Both the position numbers and the translations under genes were made by a program. A model generated the notes under the pieces. It searched no databases, was not told where the DNA came from, and saw only the letters and a list, made by a program, of their open reading frames with translations. Source: a virus (Duplodnaviria > Caudoviricetes). Taken from it: DNA of 58,902 bases. Location of the stretch: positions 1-58,902 of IMG/VR virus record IMGVR_UViG_3300032320_001902; one strand, written 5' to 3'. This document shows positions 1 through 10,188 of this stretch, in pieces (position 1 is the stretch's first letter; every line of letters begins with the position of its first letter).

Positions 1-3000
1 CCACTCAATGGTTTATTGGATAAAGAACCGCTATTTGCTTGTATACATTCAAAAAAAGCAGGCAACTGCTCCCATCCTGCATCTGTATTATTGTCGCCAA
101 ACCAAACTATGTCGCCAACTTGATAAGGTAGTGTTACAAACCATATTGGTTTTGTTGGGTTAATAGCTCTTGCAGTCCAAATAGCAACCTTCCTTTTTTC
201 ATTCCATACCCCTGTAATGCCATACTTCCAAGCGGGAGTATCAACCCCATCCAAAAAGCGTGTATTATTGCGTATAAAGCTGTCTACGTTGTTTTCAATG
301 GAAATGTTCCTTGTTCCATCGCCAGCGTATCTGATGATAGCTTTTGACGTTAAATCGAAAATATAAACAACTTCTTGCCCTCCAACGCTTTTACCTTTTA
401 TGAAAGACCATTTGTTTCTTGAACCATAAGCGGAAAGTTCGATTGGTGGACGAGCAAGAACACTTCCATCTCCAATTGCAATTGAAGTTGAGTTGCCTGT
501 AACTTGAAGTTCACCCCTTGTGTTGAAAAAGTATTTAAGCCACTTCTTAACTTGCTGTATAAACAGTTCGCCATTTACCTTTTCGTGATGGGTTATTTCT
601 CCATCGGTCATAGGAACATCAAGGAAGTCAAGAGGCTGAAAATCCCTGTATCCATCATACGTTCCGTCTTGAGGTTTTAAAGCGGAGTAAACAGTTCGGG
701 ATGGGGCTGTGTAGTCTTTGACTAAAATATTATATCCTACTATACCTTTTACGCCCGTATGATAGCTATATGTTCTGTCATATCTTGGTCTTTGCCTAAA
801 ATAAGAGCCAAGCCATTCGGTATATGTGCCAATAGGATATTGTGGTTGACCATCACTATTAACTTTGTTAATCATGTTGGAGTTGTTTCTGTTTTGGCAG
901 AAATATGATATTGCACCGCCACCGCCAACGAGTGATTCAAATGTAGAACCCCAAGGAAAACTTATATTTGTTTGTGTTGGCGTTTTTATTTTGTGTAAAT
1001 ATCTTTGCGTAAATACGTCACCATACCTTGTTGCAAAAAAAGTTACACCAAACGTTGTAAAACCTGATGTTCCGCTTGAAGGAAAAGGTTGCCCAGCGTA
1101 TTGCCTTGCAAAAGTCATATTGACTGACGCTCCTGCATAATAAGAAATGCCTTGGTCAAACTTGCCATACTTGCCCTCTTCGGGGTTTAATGGGTTGTTG
1201 AATATTTGCCTGTAATATTGGGCATAGCATATTGTGTCAACAAATAAATCTTGTCTGGGCGCAAACGTAACAAGCGGGTCTAATATAGCATTTGGGTCAA
1301 AAACCCAAGAATCGGCCAAGTTGTAATAAGTATCCTCTGTTGGTGGTGTTGTCAACGAGGATTTTTGGTTTTTTGTATAAGTAGCAAAAGAAAAATTAAA
1401 AGACCCACCTGCATTTACATAGCCGCCAGCATTAAAGTTAGATGCAGGCATAACTTGCTTAAAATTTATATTGCCATTTGTAACGCCATTTGCCAACTGA
1501 TACAACTCGGTTAAACTATTGTTATAATAGCAAATCGCATTGGGTAGCAATTGGTTCTGAATGCCTCCGTCAGGATAAAAACCATACATTGCCCCGTAGT
1601 TTAGTATGTAATCCCCGTTTCTGTATCCGTCCAAATTGTTTCCTGCCATATCATGGTCGGGGCTGTAAAAAGCAAACTGCCCAGGATATTGCCTATACGA
1701 AGTTCCTGAAAGAGGAAGTGTGCTGTATCTGTTTGTTGTCTGCGAATTGCTTTGACCCGAAGGCACTCCTCCCGTTGCATCAAACCAATCCGTCAAGTAG
1801 CCATTTGCGGCTTCATACGTTTCGGGTGTCCCGCTTGGGAATGTGTAAGCGTTTGCGACCATTGGAACAAGTATCCCATTAAATAATATTTCAGGAATAC
1901 AATTGTCCATAAAAATATACATTTCGTCAACTATCTCATAAACTGGCTTACCATCAATAAGAAAGCCTACATCAAACCTACTAAATTCAACCCTAAACGT
2001 GTATCCGCCACCATCAGGTTGAGCTATAAACGAACTTGTTATGTTCATGTCCTGAATCCTATAAGGACTTATAAATGGGTCGGTTGAAGGTATTCTTCTG
2101 TTTGGCAACGTTACAGGTTGCCCTAATGGATTATTATTGTCGGAATCTGCGTTAATGCAAATATCGTCAATCCAATAAGCAGGAGAAAGTTGGCCGCTAT
2201 CTTTCATTTTAAACACAACCTTAAATCTGTACGTTTCATTGAGCATTAAACTCATTGAATTGTGTACTGTTTGTGGCTGCTTGTATGCGCCAAATTTAAA
2301 ATCGGTAGCAAACGGAAAGCCGATGCCAGGCGGAGGTGGCGGTGTGCTTCTAAAGTAATTTATATCGCTACTTGTATAAAAAGAACCCCAAGAGCCAGCG
2401 TCACCAACAATTATTTCATGCTGAAATGTTTTTGCAAATTCCCTAAAATCTTTATCTTGAAATAACGTAACATTGGTATTCACCATTCGGTTGTCAATAA
2501 CCTGATTGCTTTTAACTGTTTTGTAAACTTGGGTAAGATAAAGAAGCTCTGTTGGGTCTAACGCATAAGAACCTGTTTCATTCCCTGTATGTTGAACGTC
2601 TATTGAAACGTCGTCTGCTCCAAGCGTATAGGAATTGACAACAGTCGCACTTACAAGCCCAATGCTTGAACTATAAAGTATGTCAATTAGTTCAATCTTT
2701 TGAAATATGCCAGGTTTTATGTCTGTTACGACAAGTCTATTTATTTTAGATGTTGCATCGCCCACATTGTCTCCTAACGCTTGGCTATTAAATCCACTAC
2801 TAAAAACGTTTATAAGCCCTGTCGGGATGGATATTTCAGTTTTGTTGCTTTGTGTGTTGGTGGCTCTAACAACATACCTGTGGTTTCCAGCCTTTACTGC
2901 TCCGCCCGATTCAACTTGGTCAACAAATTCAATCTTAAATAGTCCAACTACTTGAGATTTAATTTCTTCTGCCAAGCTTTGGTAATCGTACTGCCCGTTT

Positions 3001-4052
3001 GGATTAAAATAAGTCAAAAAACCATCTTGAACATATGCACCTTTATAGTACATACACCTTTGCATATTGTAATTGTCAGTCCAATAGAAGTTTGTGCTTC
3101 TTATATTCCTTTCGGTTGGCCGACAATCAATTTGTTTTTTTGAAATAAAATTAAACTTTCTTGACCTTATAAGCCTTGTGTATGCATACGAATCTGTTCC
3201 TTCCGTATATTGAGCAACTCCAAGCTCGCCTATCGCTTCTGTTCCAATAAGTATTGTCCCGCCATTAGAGTTTGCCGTCCATTGGCTTCCAATAAGTAAA
3301 AATGAAAAAGGGCTACCAGCGCTATTTTGAGCAAGCCAAGCCCCATCCATTCCATTGTTAGTTCCTGTTATGTAAACGTTTTGCAATCCAATAAAAGGGT
3401 CAGTATATGGAGCTGTATTTACAGCTACCATTTGCCCTGCTTGTTGACTATTTACAACGTCAACTTTCAAAGGCTCGTCATCAGTTATACAAGACCAAAC
3501 AAATAGGTCGTTGTCAATATACGAACTTCCAATTGGCTTAAATATTCCAGCACGAGCCACAGGCTCTTGTATGATTGTTTGCTGTACGTTTTCTATTGAA
3601 ATATCCCAATCCAATCCAACTTGAGAGAAAAAATAAACATACGTTGCACTACCTGCACTTATCGGTGAAATATTAAAAGGAAACGCAGGTATACCAATGT
3701 TTGTAAGAAATGCTGTTTGGAAATTGGCGGCAGTCAAAGCGGGTGTAGTGTCATTTTGGTATGTAAATTCAAACCATTTTAACCCATTGCTTCTAAACAC
3801 AACAACTGTCTTTGTTTCGGGAATTGTAGTATAAAAATCAAAGGTCGTTACAAACTTCTTTACTTGCGGAACAACGCTTCCTAACTTAAACGAAAACTTA
3901 TTTCCATATTGGTTTTCTGCACTAACACTTGACCCACCTTCATCGGTAATAAAAGCTATATCCAAAGCGTTTGAATAATCGCCTTCCTTAATCCTTGCTA
4001 TATCACCGTCAAGGTTTAAATTTCCAAAGGGTACAACTGATTGTTCAGGCAT
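1..4052 (-). CDS. Large tail protein (crAss-like muzzle / P22 gp10-like tail stabilisation protein); truncated at the window edge, >1350 aa
   Basis: ATG at 4052 gives MPEQSVVPFGKLNLDGDIARIKEGDYSNALDIAFITDEGG. The frame is still open at position 1 (...WEQLPAFFECIQANSGSLSNKPLS). It is absent from the ORF track, consistent with no in-window stop. The N-terminal motif and the position after the ring proteins match tail-stabilisation proteins. Confidence 0.75.
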   Translation of the reverse strand, partial: MPEQSVVPFGNLNLDGDIARIKEGDYSNALDIAFITDEGGSSVSAENQYGNKFSFKLGSVVPQVKKFVTTFDFYTTIPETKTVVVFRSNGLKWFEFTYQNDTTPALTAANFQTAFLTNIGIPAFPFNISPISAGSATYVYFFSQVGLDWDISIENVQQTIIQEPVARAGIFKPIGSSYIDNDLFVWSCITDDEPLKVDVVNSQQAGQMVAVNTAPYTDPFIGLQNVYITGTNNGMDGAWLAQNSAGSPFSFLLIGSQWTANSNGGTILIGTEAIGELGVAQYTEGTDSYAYTRLIRSRKFNFISKKQIDCRPTERNIRSTNFYWTDNYNMQRCMYYKGAYVQDGFLTYFNPNGQYDYQSLAEEIKSQVVGLFKIEFVDQVESGGAVKAGNHRYVVRATNTQSNKTEISIPTGLINVFSSGFNSQALGDNVGDATSKINRLVVTDIKPGIFQKIELIDILYSSSIGLVSATVVNSYTLGADDVSIDVQHTGNETGSYALDPTELLYLTQVYKTVKSNQVIDNRMVNTNVTLFQDKDFREFAKTFQHEIIVGDAGSWGSFYTSSDINYFRSTPPPPPGIGFPFATDFKFGAYKQPQTVHNSMSLMLNETYRFKVVFKMKDSGQLSPAYWIDDICINADSDNNNPLGQPVTLPNRRIPSTDPFISPYRIQDMNITSSFIAQPDGGGYTFRVEFSRFDVGFLIDGKPVYEIVDEMYIFMDNCIPEILFNGILVPMVANAYTFPSGTPETYEAANGYLTDWFDATGGVPSGQSNSQTTNRYSTLPLSGTSYRQYPGQFAFYSPDHDMAGNNLDGYRNGDYILNYGAMYGFYPDGGIQNQLLPNAICYYNNSLTELYQLANGVTNGNINFKQVMPASNFNAGGYVNAGGSFNFSFATYTKNQKSSLTTPPTEDTYYNLADSWVFDPNAILDPLVTFAPRQDLFVDTICYAQYYRQIFNNPLNPEEGKYGKFDQGISYYAGASVNMTFARQYAGQPFPSSGTSGFTTFGVTFFATRYGDVFTQRYLHKIKTPTQTNISFPWGSTFESLVGGGGAISYFCQNRNNSNMINKVNSDGQPQYPIGTYTEWLGSYFRQRPRYDRTYSYHTGVKGIVGYNILVKDYTAPSRTVYSALKPQDGTYDGYRDFQPLDFLDVPMTDGEITHHEKVNGELFIQQVKKWLKYFFNTRGELQVTGNSTSIAIGDGSVLARPPIELSAYGSRNKWSFIKGKSVGGQEVVYIFDLTSKAIIRYAGDGTRNISIENNVDSFIRNNTRFLDGVDTPAWKYGITGVWNEKRKVAIWTARAINPTKPIWFVTLPYQVGDIVWFGDNNTDAGWEQLPAFFECIQANSGSLSNKPLS

Positions 4053-4053
4053 C

Positions 4054-4770
4054 TTAATAAGTCCAAGTTGGTATTGTTGGTGAAACAATTAAAGCGGTCA
4101 TTGCTGCCATAATCTCCCTTCTGTATAAATCAGCATTAAAGGCATTGTCTTCGCCTTTAACAAATCTTTTTTGCGCCTTCCATTCTGCCATAGCATCGTC
4201 AATTTGCATACGAACATAGTTCTGTGGCTTTTTCATCATAAAGCGATACTTCATATACGCCTTAACAGCCCTAACATAGTGTTCGTATATTATAAGGTGT
4301 CCATTCTCGTCCACATTAAAGCCAAGGTAAGCTATTGTCGCTTTGTCAAAATTTTTACCATTAACAAAACTCATCTTTCCGTTTACTATCTGCATTGCGG
4401 TAAACCAATTCTTGGTGAACCAACTTGTTTCTCCCGCAGGGAAGGGCCAATTGTTACAACCCTCTGCATTTAAAAACATCGTGTCTGCATAGATAACCTT
4501 TTGGCAGCTACCCAACCTTTGGTCGTAAAACCTCAGCCCTAAAAACTTATAAAATCCACAAGGTAATGGAGTTTGCCCCTCGCAAATGTCAATGCACTCC
4601 TGTTTCTTGTAAACAAGCGATTGGCAATTAAGATTTCTAACAGCCTCCTCTCCCTCAACTTGCAAAAACAAATCCCATTGGGTTGTGTTCTCAATATCGA
4701 GTTCAGACTTCGCTTGTTGGATTACCTCATCCATACTAACCCTTGCGTATGTTCCGTGAATTTCGCTCAT
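4054..4770 (-). CDS. Putative tail ring / adaptor protein
   Basis: 238 aa; sits in the structural operon just upstream of the muzzle gene; crAss-like synteny. Confidence 0.55.
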   Translation of the reverse strand: MSEIHGTYARVSMDEVIQQAKSELDIENTTQWDLFLQVEGEEAVRNLNCQSLVYKKQECIDICEGQTPLPCGFYKFLGLRFYDQRLGSCQKVIYADTMFLNAEGCNNWPFPAGETSWFTKNWFTAMQIVNGKMSFVNGKNFDKATIAYLGFNVDENGHLIIYEHYVRAVKAYMKYRFMMKKPQNYVRMQIDDAMAEWKAQKRFVKGEDNAFNADLYRREIMAAMTALIVSPTIPTWTY

Positions 4771-5402
4771 TGTTTAGGTAGTGTTGCTGGGGTTTCTTTT
4801 GAATCAGGTAAAACGTCAAGTGGCGTTGCCATAATAACTTTAAGTTTGCTTACCCAAATTTCTTCCATTATTTCAAGAACATCCGTTGTAACAGGATATT
4901 CGTCAATCATTTTGTTGTATGTAGGAAGTTGAAATGGATATTGAAATACGCCACTAACTCTTACTTGTTCAAGCATTATGCCCTTTTGATAAATATCAAG
5001 GTAGGGGTAAACATACAACCCCATCATTCTGTTTGCCGTAACCCTATTGTTTTGATAAATCCCAAGCTCTGCTCTTGTACGAACAACAGGAATTGTGCAA
5101 TTGTTTCTTTGGCTTCCTACAAACATCAACCCTTGGGTGCTTCCATCAAGAGAAAGAAACATCGGGCATTCAAATCTTTGGAAACAATTATCCTCTTGCA
5201 AATCTTCGCTAAATTCTAAATTCAATTCTTGAACCCAATTAGGGTGAATGATTTTAGTCTTTACATAAATGCTTTGTATAGCAGTTGCCCTACAAGTATC
5301 AACAAGGTTTTGAACATAAGGCTCGTCCCAACGGCTTTCGTCCGTTTGAATACCCGCAGATGCAAGCCTTACAAATCTTTCGTATACTTCGTTTCCTGTC
5401 AT
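4767..5402 (-). CDS. Putative tail ring protein
   Basis: 211 aa; ATGA-coupled to neighbours; the C-terminal 'V.G.F..P...DEYP' pattern resembles crAss ring proteins. Confidence 0.55.
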   Translation of the reverse strand: MTGNEVYERFVRLASAGIQTDESRWDEPYVQNLVDTCRATAIQSIYVKTKIIHPNWVQELNLEFSEDLQEDNCFQRFECPMFLSLDGSTQGLMFVGSQRNNCTIPVVRTRAELGIYQNNRVTANRMMGLYVYPYLDIYQKGIMLEQVRVSGVFQYPFQLPTYNKMIDEYPVTTDVLEIMEEIWVSKLKVIMATPLDVLPDSKETPATLPKQ

Positions 5403-6295
5403 TGTTGTACTATTTGAGCAGCCGTAGATTGATAAAGTTCACCATCCCTTATTTGTTGTGCAGCAAGCAAAGAAGCCTGTTCAACAACAAGATAAAGCAT
5501 TGTTTTATCGTACCACCTTTCAAGGTCAATAACATTGTCAGCAACGTCAATAACTTGTGGAGGTTGCGAAATATAATCCACGCTAACTTGGTTGCATTGC
5601 AAGGTTAACGGATGAAACAACATCATAGTTGGCGTTAAAGCCGTTCCATTTTGTTGTTCAAACTTTGGATTGCTTGCGGATGGCGAACCAAACTGCGTGT
5701 TCTTTCTGTCAGAAAAATACCTTTGACAAGCCTCATACCAATACCTCGCTACGCTTGCGCTCAATGTTGTGTACGCTCCGTTTCCTGTAACAGGGGTTTG
5801 AAAGTTCTCGTCCAAGTATAAAGCAAACACATTGTTCTTTACCTTTTTCGGATACCTTAAACCATTAAGGTTGGTATTACCAACAGCACCACTAAAAAAC
5901 AACTTATCTCCTGTCCGTATATTGTTTTGACCACTAAAGGTTACAACTATTGGACTTGCGTTGGTTGCTGAAACAACATTTACATTATAAAGCGGCTCGT
6001 TGAATTGTGCGCTAACGTGCAACAAGTGGTAGTAGTCCTGTATATTTGGTGTGGCAGTAGCGGTTATGTCTGTATACAGAATATTAAATGTCGCTGGAGT
6101 AAAGGTTCTATTAACTTTAATAAAGCCTCTTAACTCATCGTATTCGCCTTGTTCAGACAAATTACGATAAATCTTCTCCATCGCATTAATCAAGGCTCTT
6201 GCAAAGATTCTATTGAGTTTGATGTTATCCCAATAGCCTGTGTAGTCCTTGTCAACTTGAAGGTCAAATATGCGTTTTAGTTCTAAGCCTGTCAT
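5399..6295 (-). CDS. Putative tail ring protein with an inserted FCCH-like beta domain
   Basis: 298 aa; internal 'ATNASPIVVTFSGQNNIRTGDKLFFSGAVGNTNLNG'; C-terminal 'VDYISQP'. Confidence 0.55.
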   Translation of the reverse strand: MTGLELKRIFDLQVDKDYTGYWDNIKLNRIFARALINAMEKIYRNLSEQGEYDELRGFIKVNRTFTPATFNILYTDITATATPNIQDYYHLLHVSAQFNEPLYNVNVVSATNASPIVVTFSGQNNIRTGDKLFFSGAVGNTNLNGLRYPKKVKNNVFALYLDENFQTPVTGNGAYTTLSASVARYWYEACQRYFSDRKNTQFGSPSASNPKFEQQNGTALTPTMMLFHPLTLQCNQVSVDYISQPPQVIDVADNVIDLERWYDKTMLYLVVEQASLLAAQQIRDGELYQSTAAQIVQQ

Positions 6296-6306
6296 GGTTG
6301 TATACG

Positions 6307-6314
6307 CAAAAATA
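6307..6314 (-). promoter_or_regulatory. Bacteroidota -7 promoter element (TATTTTTG) for the tail operon
   Basis: Exact TAnnTTTG 11 nt upstream of ATG 6295 and downstream of a terminator. Confidence 0.6.
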
Positions 6315-6357
6315 TAGCTTATTTTACACTTAAATTCAAGTTGTAGATGTTTTTAGG

Positions 6358-6390
6358 CAAAAAGAAAGCCGCCTTGATTAAAAGCGGCTT
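6358..6390 (-). terminator. Intrinsic terminator
   Basis: AAGCCGC/GCGGCTT stem followed by a U-rich tract on the minus strand, after the 6415 stop. Confidence 0.75.
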
Positions 6391-6414
6391 CTGCATAGGG
6401 GTTGAGGGTTTATA

Positions 6415-7563
6415 TTAAAGTGCTGCGGCGGCTTTTTCAAGCTGATGATTTTTCATTATCTTTTCTAAATTCTCCAACGTATCGCCCTCAACGTGGGGAA
6501 CATTGTAGGTCTTTAAATAAGCAACGGCAGTTTTCATCCTTACTTTTTCGCCAACCTTTTCGTTTTCTTTAGCCATAATCTTAGCTTCTTTTCTTAAGGT
6601 GCTATTCTCGGGAGCATTGTCAAACTCCTGAATCAAAGCCTCTAACTTAGAAGAAGTCCAAGTGTGGTTGTAATGGATTCCTTTTTGAAAACAAACCTTG
6701 CGTAATTCATCTCTTTTCGCTTGCTCTTGTTTTGCCTCCTCGTTTGGATTGGCAACAATTCTTGCAGATTTTTCAGGTGTTTCCAAAAGAACATCCGACT
6801 TTCTCACCATTGGTAAAATATGCTTTTCGTACTTCTCGGTGTTTTCTTTGCAATAGTTAATTACATCAGCAACCGATTTACCAATCAGTTCGCCGCTAAT
6901 ATAATAGTAACCATCTCTTTGTTCAACAATAAGAAGCCTGATTGCTTTGTTTACAATAACCTCGATAGCCCTGTCGCTTCCTTTCTGTTTCCTCATAAAG
7001 TTTTCGGGGTCAATCATTGCAGGGCTTGTATCAAAATCAGCCCATTTCACAAAAAGGTCATCGTATGTTTTTCCAATAGCATTTCCGCCTTCCGCAAATT
7101 CAAGGTCACGCAATTCTTCAAAGGTAAGGTCGCTAATGTAGTTGTATACACTTCCTTTGCCTTTGATGATTCCAACACGCTCATTGATTTTATCAGCCTT
7201 GTTGATTACCTTAAACGATGGAGTAATAAATTTGTAGTTGGAGTTTTCAGGATTGTTGCAATGGCTATGTCTACGCAAAGCTAAAATGAACGATTCTTTT
7301 TTAGAACGCTCATTGTCATCATCCATATCCGTGATGGTAATTTCAAAAGGATTTGCTTCATAACCCCTTTTTAGCTCCAAGTTCCATTTGGTTTTGCCTG
7401 AACCTATTTCGGGCGATTCGTCTGAAATTCCAAAATCAGTAAGAAGATATACGGTTTTTGTTCCATCCCTGTATACGCCTGGGATAACGTGTGTTCCTTC
7501 TGTAAGTTCAGAAGAGTTGGCCTCAACGATGTAAGTGCCTGTTGGTAATACTTTGTTTTTCAT
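6415..7563 (-). CDS. Conserved capsid-module protein (crAss gene 74-like position)
   Basis: 382 aa, two genes downstream of the MCP; 'KAIRLLIVEQRDGYYYISGELIGKSVADVINYCK' motif. Confidence 0.5.
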   Translation of the reverse strand: MKNKVLPTGTYIVEANSSELTEGTHVIPGVYRDGTKTVYLLTDFGISDESPEIGSGKTKWNLELKRGYEANPFEITITDMDDDNERSKKESFILALRRHSHCNNPENSNYKFITPSFKVINKADKINERVGIIKGKGSVYNYISDLTFEELRDLEFAEGGNAIGKTYDDLFVKWADFDTSPAMIDPENFMRKQKGSDRAIEVIVNKAIRLLIVEQRDGYYYISGELIGKSVADVINYCKENTEKYEKHILPMVRKSDVLLETPEKSARIVANPNEEAKQEQAKRDELRKVCFQKGIHYNHTWTSSKLEALIQEFDNAPENSTLRKEAKIMAKENEKVGEKVRMKTAVAYLKTYNVPHVEGDTLENLEKIMKNHQLEKAAAAL

Positions 7564-7586
7564 TTTGCTTTCTTTTTTTGATTAAT

Positions 7587-7613
7587 AAAAAGGGGGCTAA
7601 GTTAATAGCCCCC
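7587..7613 (-). terminator. Terminator / stabilising hairpin
   Basis: GGGGGCTA/TAGCCCCC stem with a U-run on the minus strand. Confidence 0.6.
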
Positions 7614-7640
7614 ATAAGGCTTTCAGTTTGTTAAGACAAA

Positions 7641-8723
7641 TTAAGGAGTTGGAACAGCAAGGTAAGCGCTTCCACCGCCACCTAAGATAGTCTTAATCTG
7701 CGTTTCAAGAAGCAAGTAGTTTGCATTAGGAGCAACCTCTATAGCTTCAGAACCTTGATTAATCCAAAGGATTGCTTGGTTGTAGTCCTCCCTTTGAGTG
7801 TTCAACAAAGAGCTATCGTCTGTATTGTACACAAGGTTAACTTGAGCATATTGCTGACCAACAGTTGGCAAGCTTGTGCTTCCTGCGGCAACAAGACTTT
7901 TCAATACATCAGCATATTGACCCAAAGGCTCTTGACCAGGTTTAACAACCTTAACAGCAGCAAAACCTGTTACAGTTCCTGCGTTTGTACTTCCAACCAA
8001 AATAACTTTTGTTAATGGCGTAGTGGTATCAACTTCTACTTGGAATGCAATTCCGTTTACAGATGAAGGTGCAGTACCGCCTGAGCATCCGCTGATAACG
8101 ATTGTGTCGCCATTGCTTAGTCCGTGATTGCTCGTAAATGTTACAACACGAGGTGTAGCATTTGTGATAGTCGTAATTACAGAAGTTCCACCTGCTGATA
8201 AAATAGCCACAGGAGTGTCGGTAATTGTTACGTTACCTTGTGGAATGATTGAAAAGTTAGCAGTTCCACCATTTGCGACTGCTTGAGCAACAACAGTTAC
8301 AGGCGTTCCTGCTCCTGATGCAGTTACACGCAAGGAAGTTGCAGCATTGATTGCACTTACTAAAGCGGTTGCGATTTCGCCAGCAGTAGCGGTTGAATCA
8401 GAGGTAAATGAAAATGGAACAACTTGCAATCTTTCGTTTACAACTTGCTCAATTGTGAAAGCATAAGTTGTGCTGTTAGCAGCAGTAAAGGCGATGTCGA
8501 AACTTGCCGATTGTTCTTGCAAAGCACGTTTGCATCCTGCGGCAAAAACAACAGAAGTTACTGGTGTATAAACTGTTGATTGGTTAAAAACAGAATCCTT
8601 GATTTTCAAGTAGTCAATCACAGGAAACCCTGTTACGTTTGGAAAAGCAACTTTTCCACCTGTAATTGTGGCATCAGCCGCACCTGTTACGGTGTTAAGA
8701 ATGTTTACTATTGGAGGTGTCAT
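7641..8723 (-). CDS. Auxiliary capsid / decoration protein with an FCCH-like insertion
   Basis: 360 aa, Thr/Ala/Gly/Val-rich, immediately after the MCP; 'TITNATPRVVTFTSNHGLSNGDTIVISG'. Confidence 0.6.
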   Translation of the reverse strand: MTPPIVNILNTVTGAADATITGGKVAFPNVTGFPVIDYLKIKDSVFNQSTVYTPVTSVVFAAGCKRALQEQSASFDIAFTAANSTTYAFTIEQVVNERLQVVPFSFTSDSTATAGEIATALVSAINAATSLRVTASGAGTPVTVVAQAVANGGTANFSIIPQGNVTITDTPVAILSAGGTSVITTITNATPRVVTFTSNHGLSNGDTIVISGCSGGTAPSSVNGIAFQVEVDTTTPLTKVILVGSTNAGTVTGFAAVKVVKPGQEPLGQYADVLKSLVAAGSTSLPTVGQQYAQVNLVYNTDDSSLLNTQREDYNQAILWINQGSEAIEVAPNANYLLLETQIKTILGGGGSAYLAVPTP

Positions 8724-8746
8724 TTTTTATTTGATTTTTTTATTAA

Positions 8747-8764
8747 GGGGGCGTATAAGCCCCC
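8747..8764 (-). other. Intergenic hairpin after the MCP
   Basis: GGGGGC-GTATAA-GCCCCC. Confidence 0.5.
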
Positions 8765-8780
8765 AAATATTTTTACTTAA

Positions 8781-10166
8781 TTATGCGCTAATGTAGAATT
8801 TAATCATTGCCTTAGTGTCACGAGCGTCAATTCCCACGTCAGCACCGATATAGGCAGAGATACCATCTTTATCAGTTGCGCTTAGGTAAGAAGCAAGGTT
8901 CACGTCACCTGCAAGGGCGTTCATTGAACCCATTGAGCCACCCGCTACTCCGTTCCAATCTTTGATTGTTCCTGCAACATAACCATAGAATACAGGTTGT
9001 GCGCCGAAATAGAAGAACTCAAGAGCTGGTAACATTCCACCACCCACACCTGGGATTGGGGCAAGGTTCATCATATAACAAGTCCAAGAAGATTTCAAAC
9101 CACCGTTTACTGATACATCAGGGAACGCTTTAGCGTAGTCAAGAACAGGTAGACGCATAAAGGTTACGTTTACACCCATAATGCTATAAGTCATTACGTT
9201 GTAGTTAACCAATGATTTGCCGTTAAGTTCCGCACGTGGGCCAAGGTTGGTAATGTATTGGGTGTTAGCGGTAGCAAGTTGTTGGAAGTTCAACATAAAC
9301 CGAGTTCCGCAGAAAGCCCAAATATCCAAAGTTGGAGTAGCGTTTGAAATGATGATTTTTTGAATCCAATCGTTGATGTCAGCCAAGGTAGGTGCAGTTG
9401 GCAAAGAGAAAACTGAACCACCACGGTTTGGAATTAACCAATCCAATCCGCCATTGTAATTACGAGTACCATCTGTAAAACGGTCACCAAACAAGAAACG
9501 GAAAGAAAGACCACGGAAGATACGTTGTACCATTTGTTGCTCATAAGCAAAGTACCAACCTTTACCTTTGAATTGAACCATTGTCGAATCAACTCCATTA
9601 CGACGGCTAATTTGCGCTCCTTCACGAACGATGTTAGCGTAGTTGAATTGTTGACTTGGGTCGTTGTAGATTCCATCAGGAGAAGAACTGTAAAGGTTTG
9701 GAGACTGAACACCATCTAAACAAGTTACGTTACGTCCTGCAAGAAACTGTGAGGCCACGTTAATACCCGTTACGTCAGCAGCAGTAATGATAGCCGAACC
9801 TGGAACAAAGCTAACCACACGAGCCGATTTGTTGGCATAGGTATCACGGATGATGTCGTCAACACGGAACAAAGAGTAGTTAGGGTCTGTAAAGGTTATT
9901 TGAAATTGTCCACCACCAAGAGGAATTGCATTTGCAGCCAAGGTAGCAGTACGGATTGTGTCAGGAAGAATTGTAGTTGTACGTTTACCATCAACTGTGG
10001 AAATACTCATTTCTTCCATTGGACGGTCATAGTTGAGCATCCAAATTACTTTCATAAATTCGCAATATTGACCTGAAATGTCTGCGGCGAGTTTCATGCT
10101 ATCCAAGGATGGAAGCGTCAAACCGTTCGCAATCAGGTTTGTGTTGGGGGTTAAAGCTTGTGCCAT
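8781..10166 (-). CDS. Major capsid protein
   Basis: 461 aa; follows the portal and scaffold; codon usage typical of a highly expressed gene (CGT, AAC, TAC); 'FLFG...GGL..I' and 'FCGTRFMLNFQ' are consistent with an HK97 fold. Confidence 0.8.
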   Translation of the reverse strand: MAQALTPNTNLIANGLTLPSLDSMKLAADISGQYCEFMKVIWMLNYDRPMEEMSISTVDGKRTTTILPDTIRTATLAANAIPLGGGQFQITFTDPNYSLFRVDDIIRDTYANKSARVVSFVPGSAIITAADVTGINVASQFLAGRNVTCLDGVQSPNLYSSSPDGIYNDPSQQFNYANIVREGAQISRRNGVDSTMVQFKGKGWYFAYEQQMVQRIFRGLSFRFLFGDRFTDGTRNYNGGLDWLIPNRGGSVFSLPTAPTLADINDWIQKIIISNATPTLDIWAFCGTRFMLNFQQLATANTQYITNLGPRAELNGKSLVNYNVMTYSIMGVNVTFMRLPVLDYAKAFPDVSVNGGLKSSWTCYMMNLAPIPGVGGGMLPALEFFYFGAQPVFYGYVAGTIKDWNGVAGGSMGSMNALAGDVNLASYLSATDKDGISAYIGADVGIDARDTKAMIKFYISA

Positions 10167-10188
10167 TTTTTTTGATTAAAAATTGTTG

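Noticed and set aside
865-3143. Short ORFs listed in the track (mostly plus strand)
   Set aside because: They are shadows of the long open minus-strand tail gene at 1-4052
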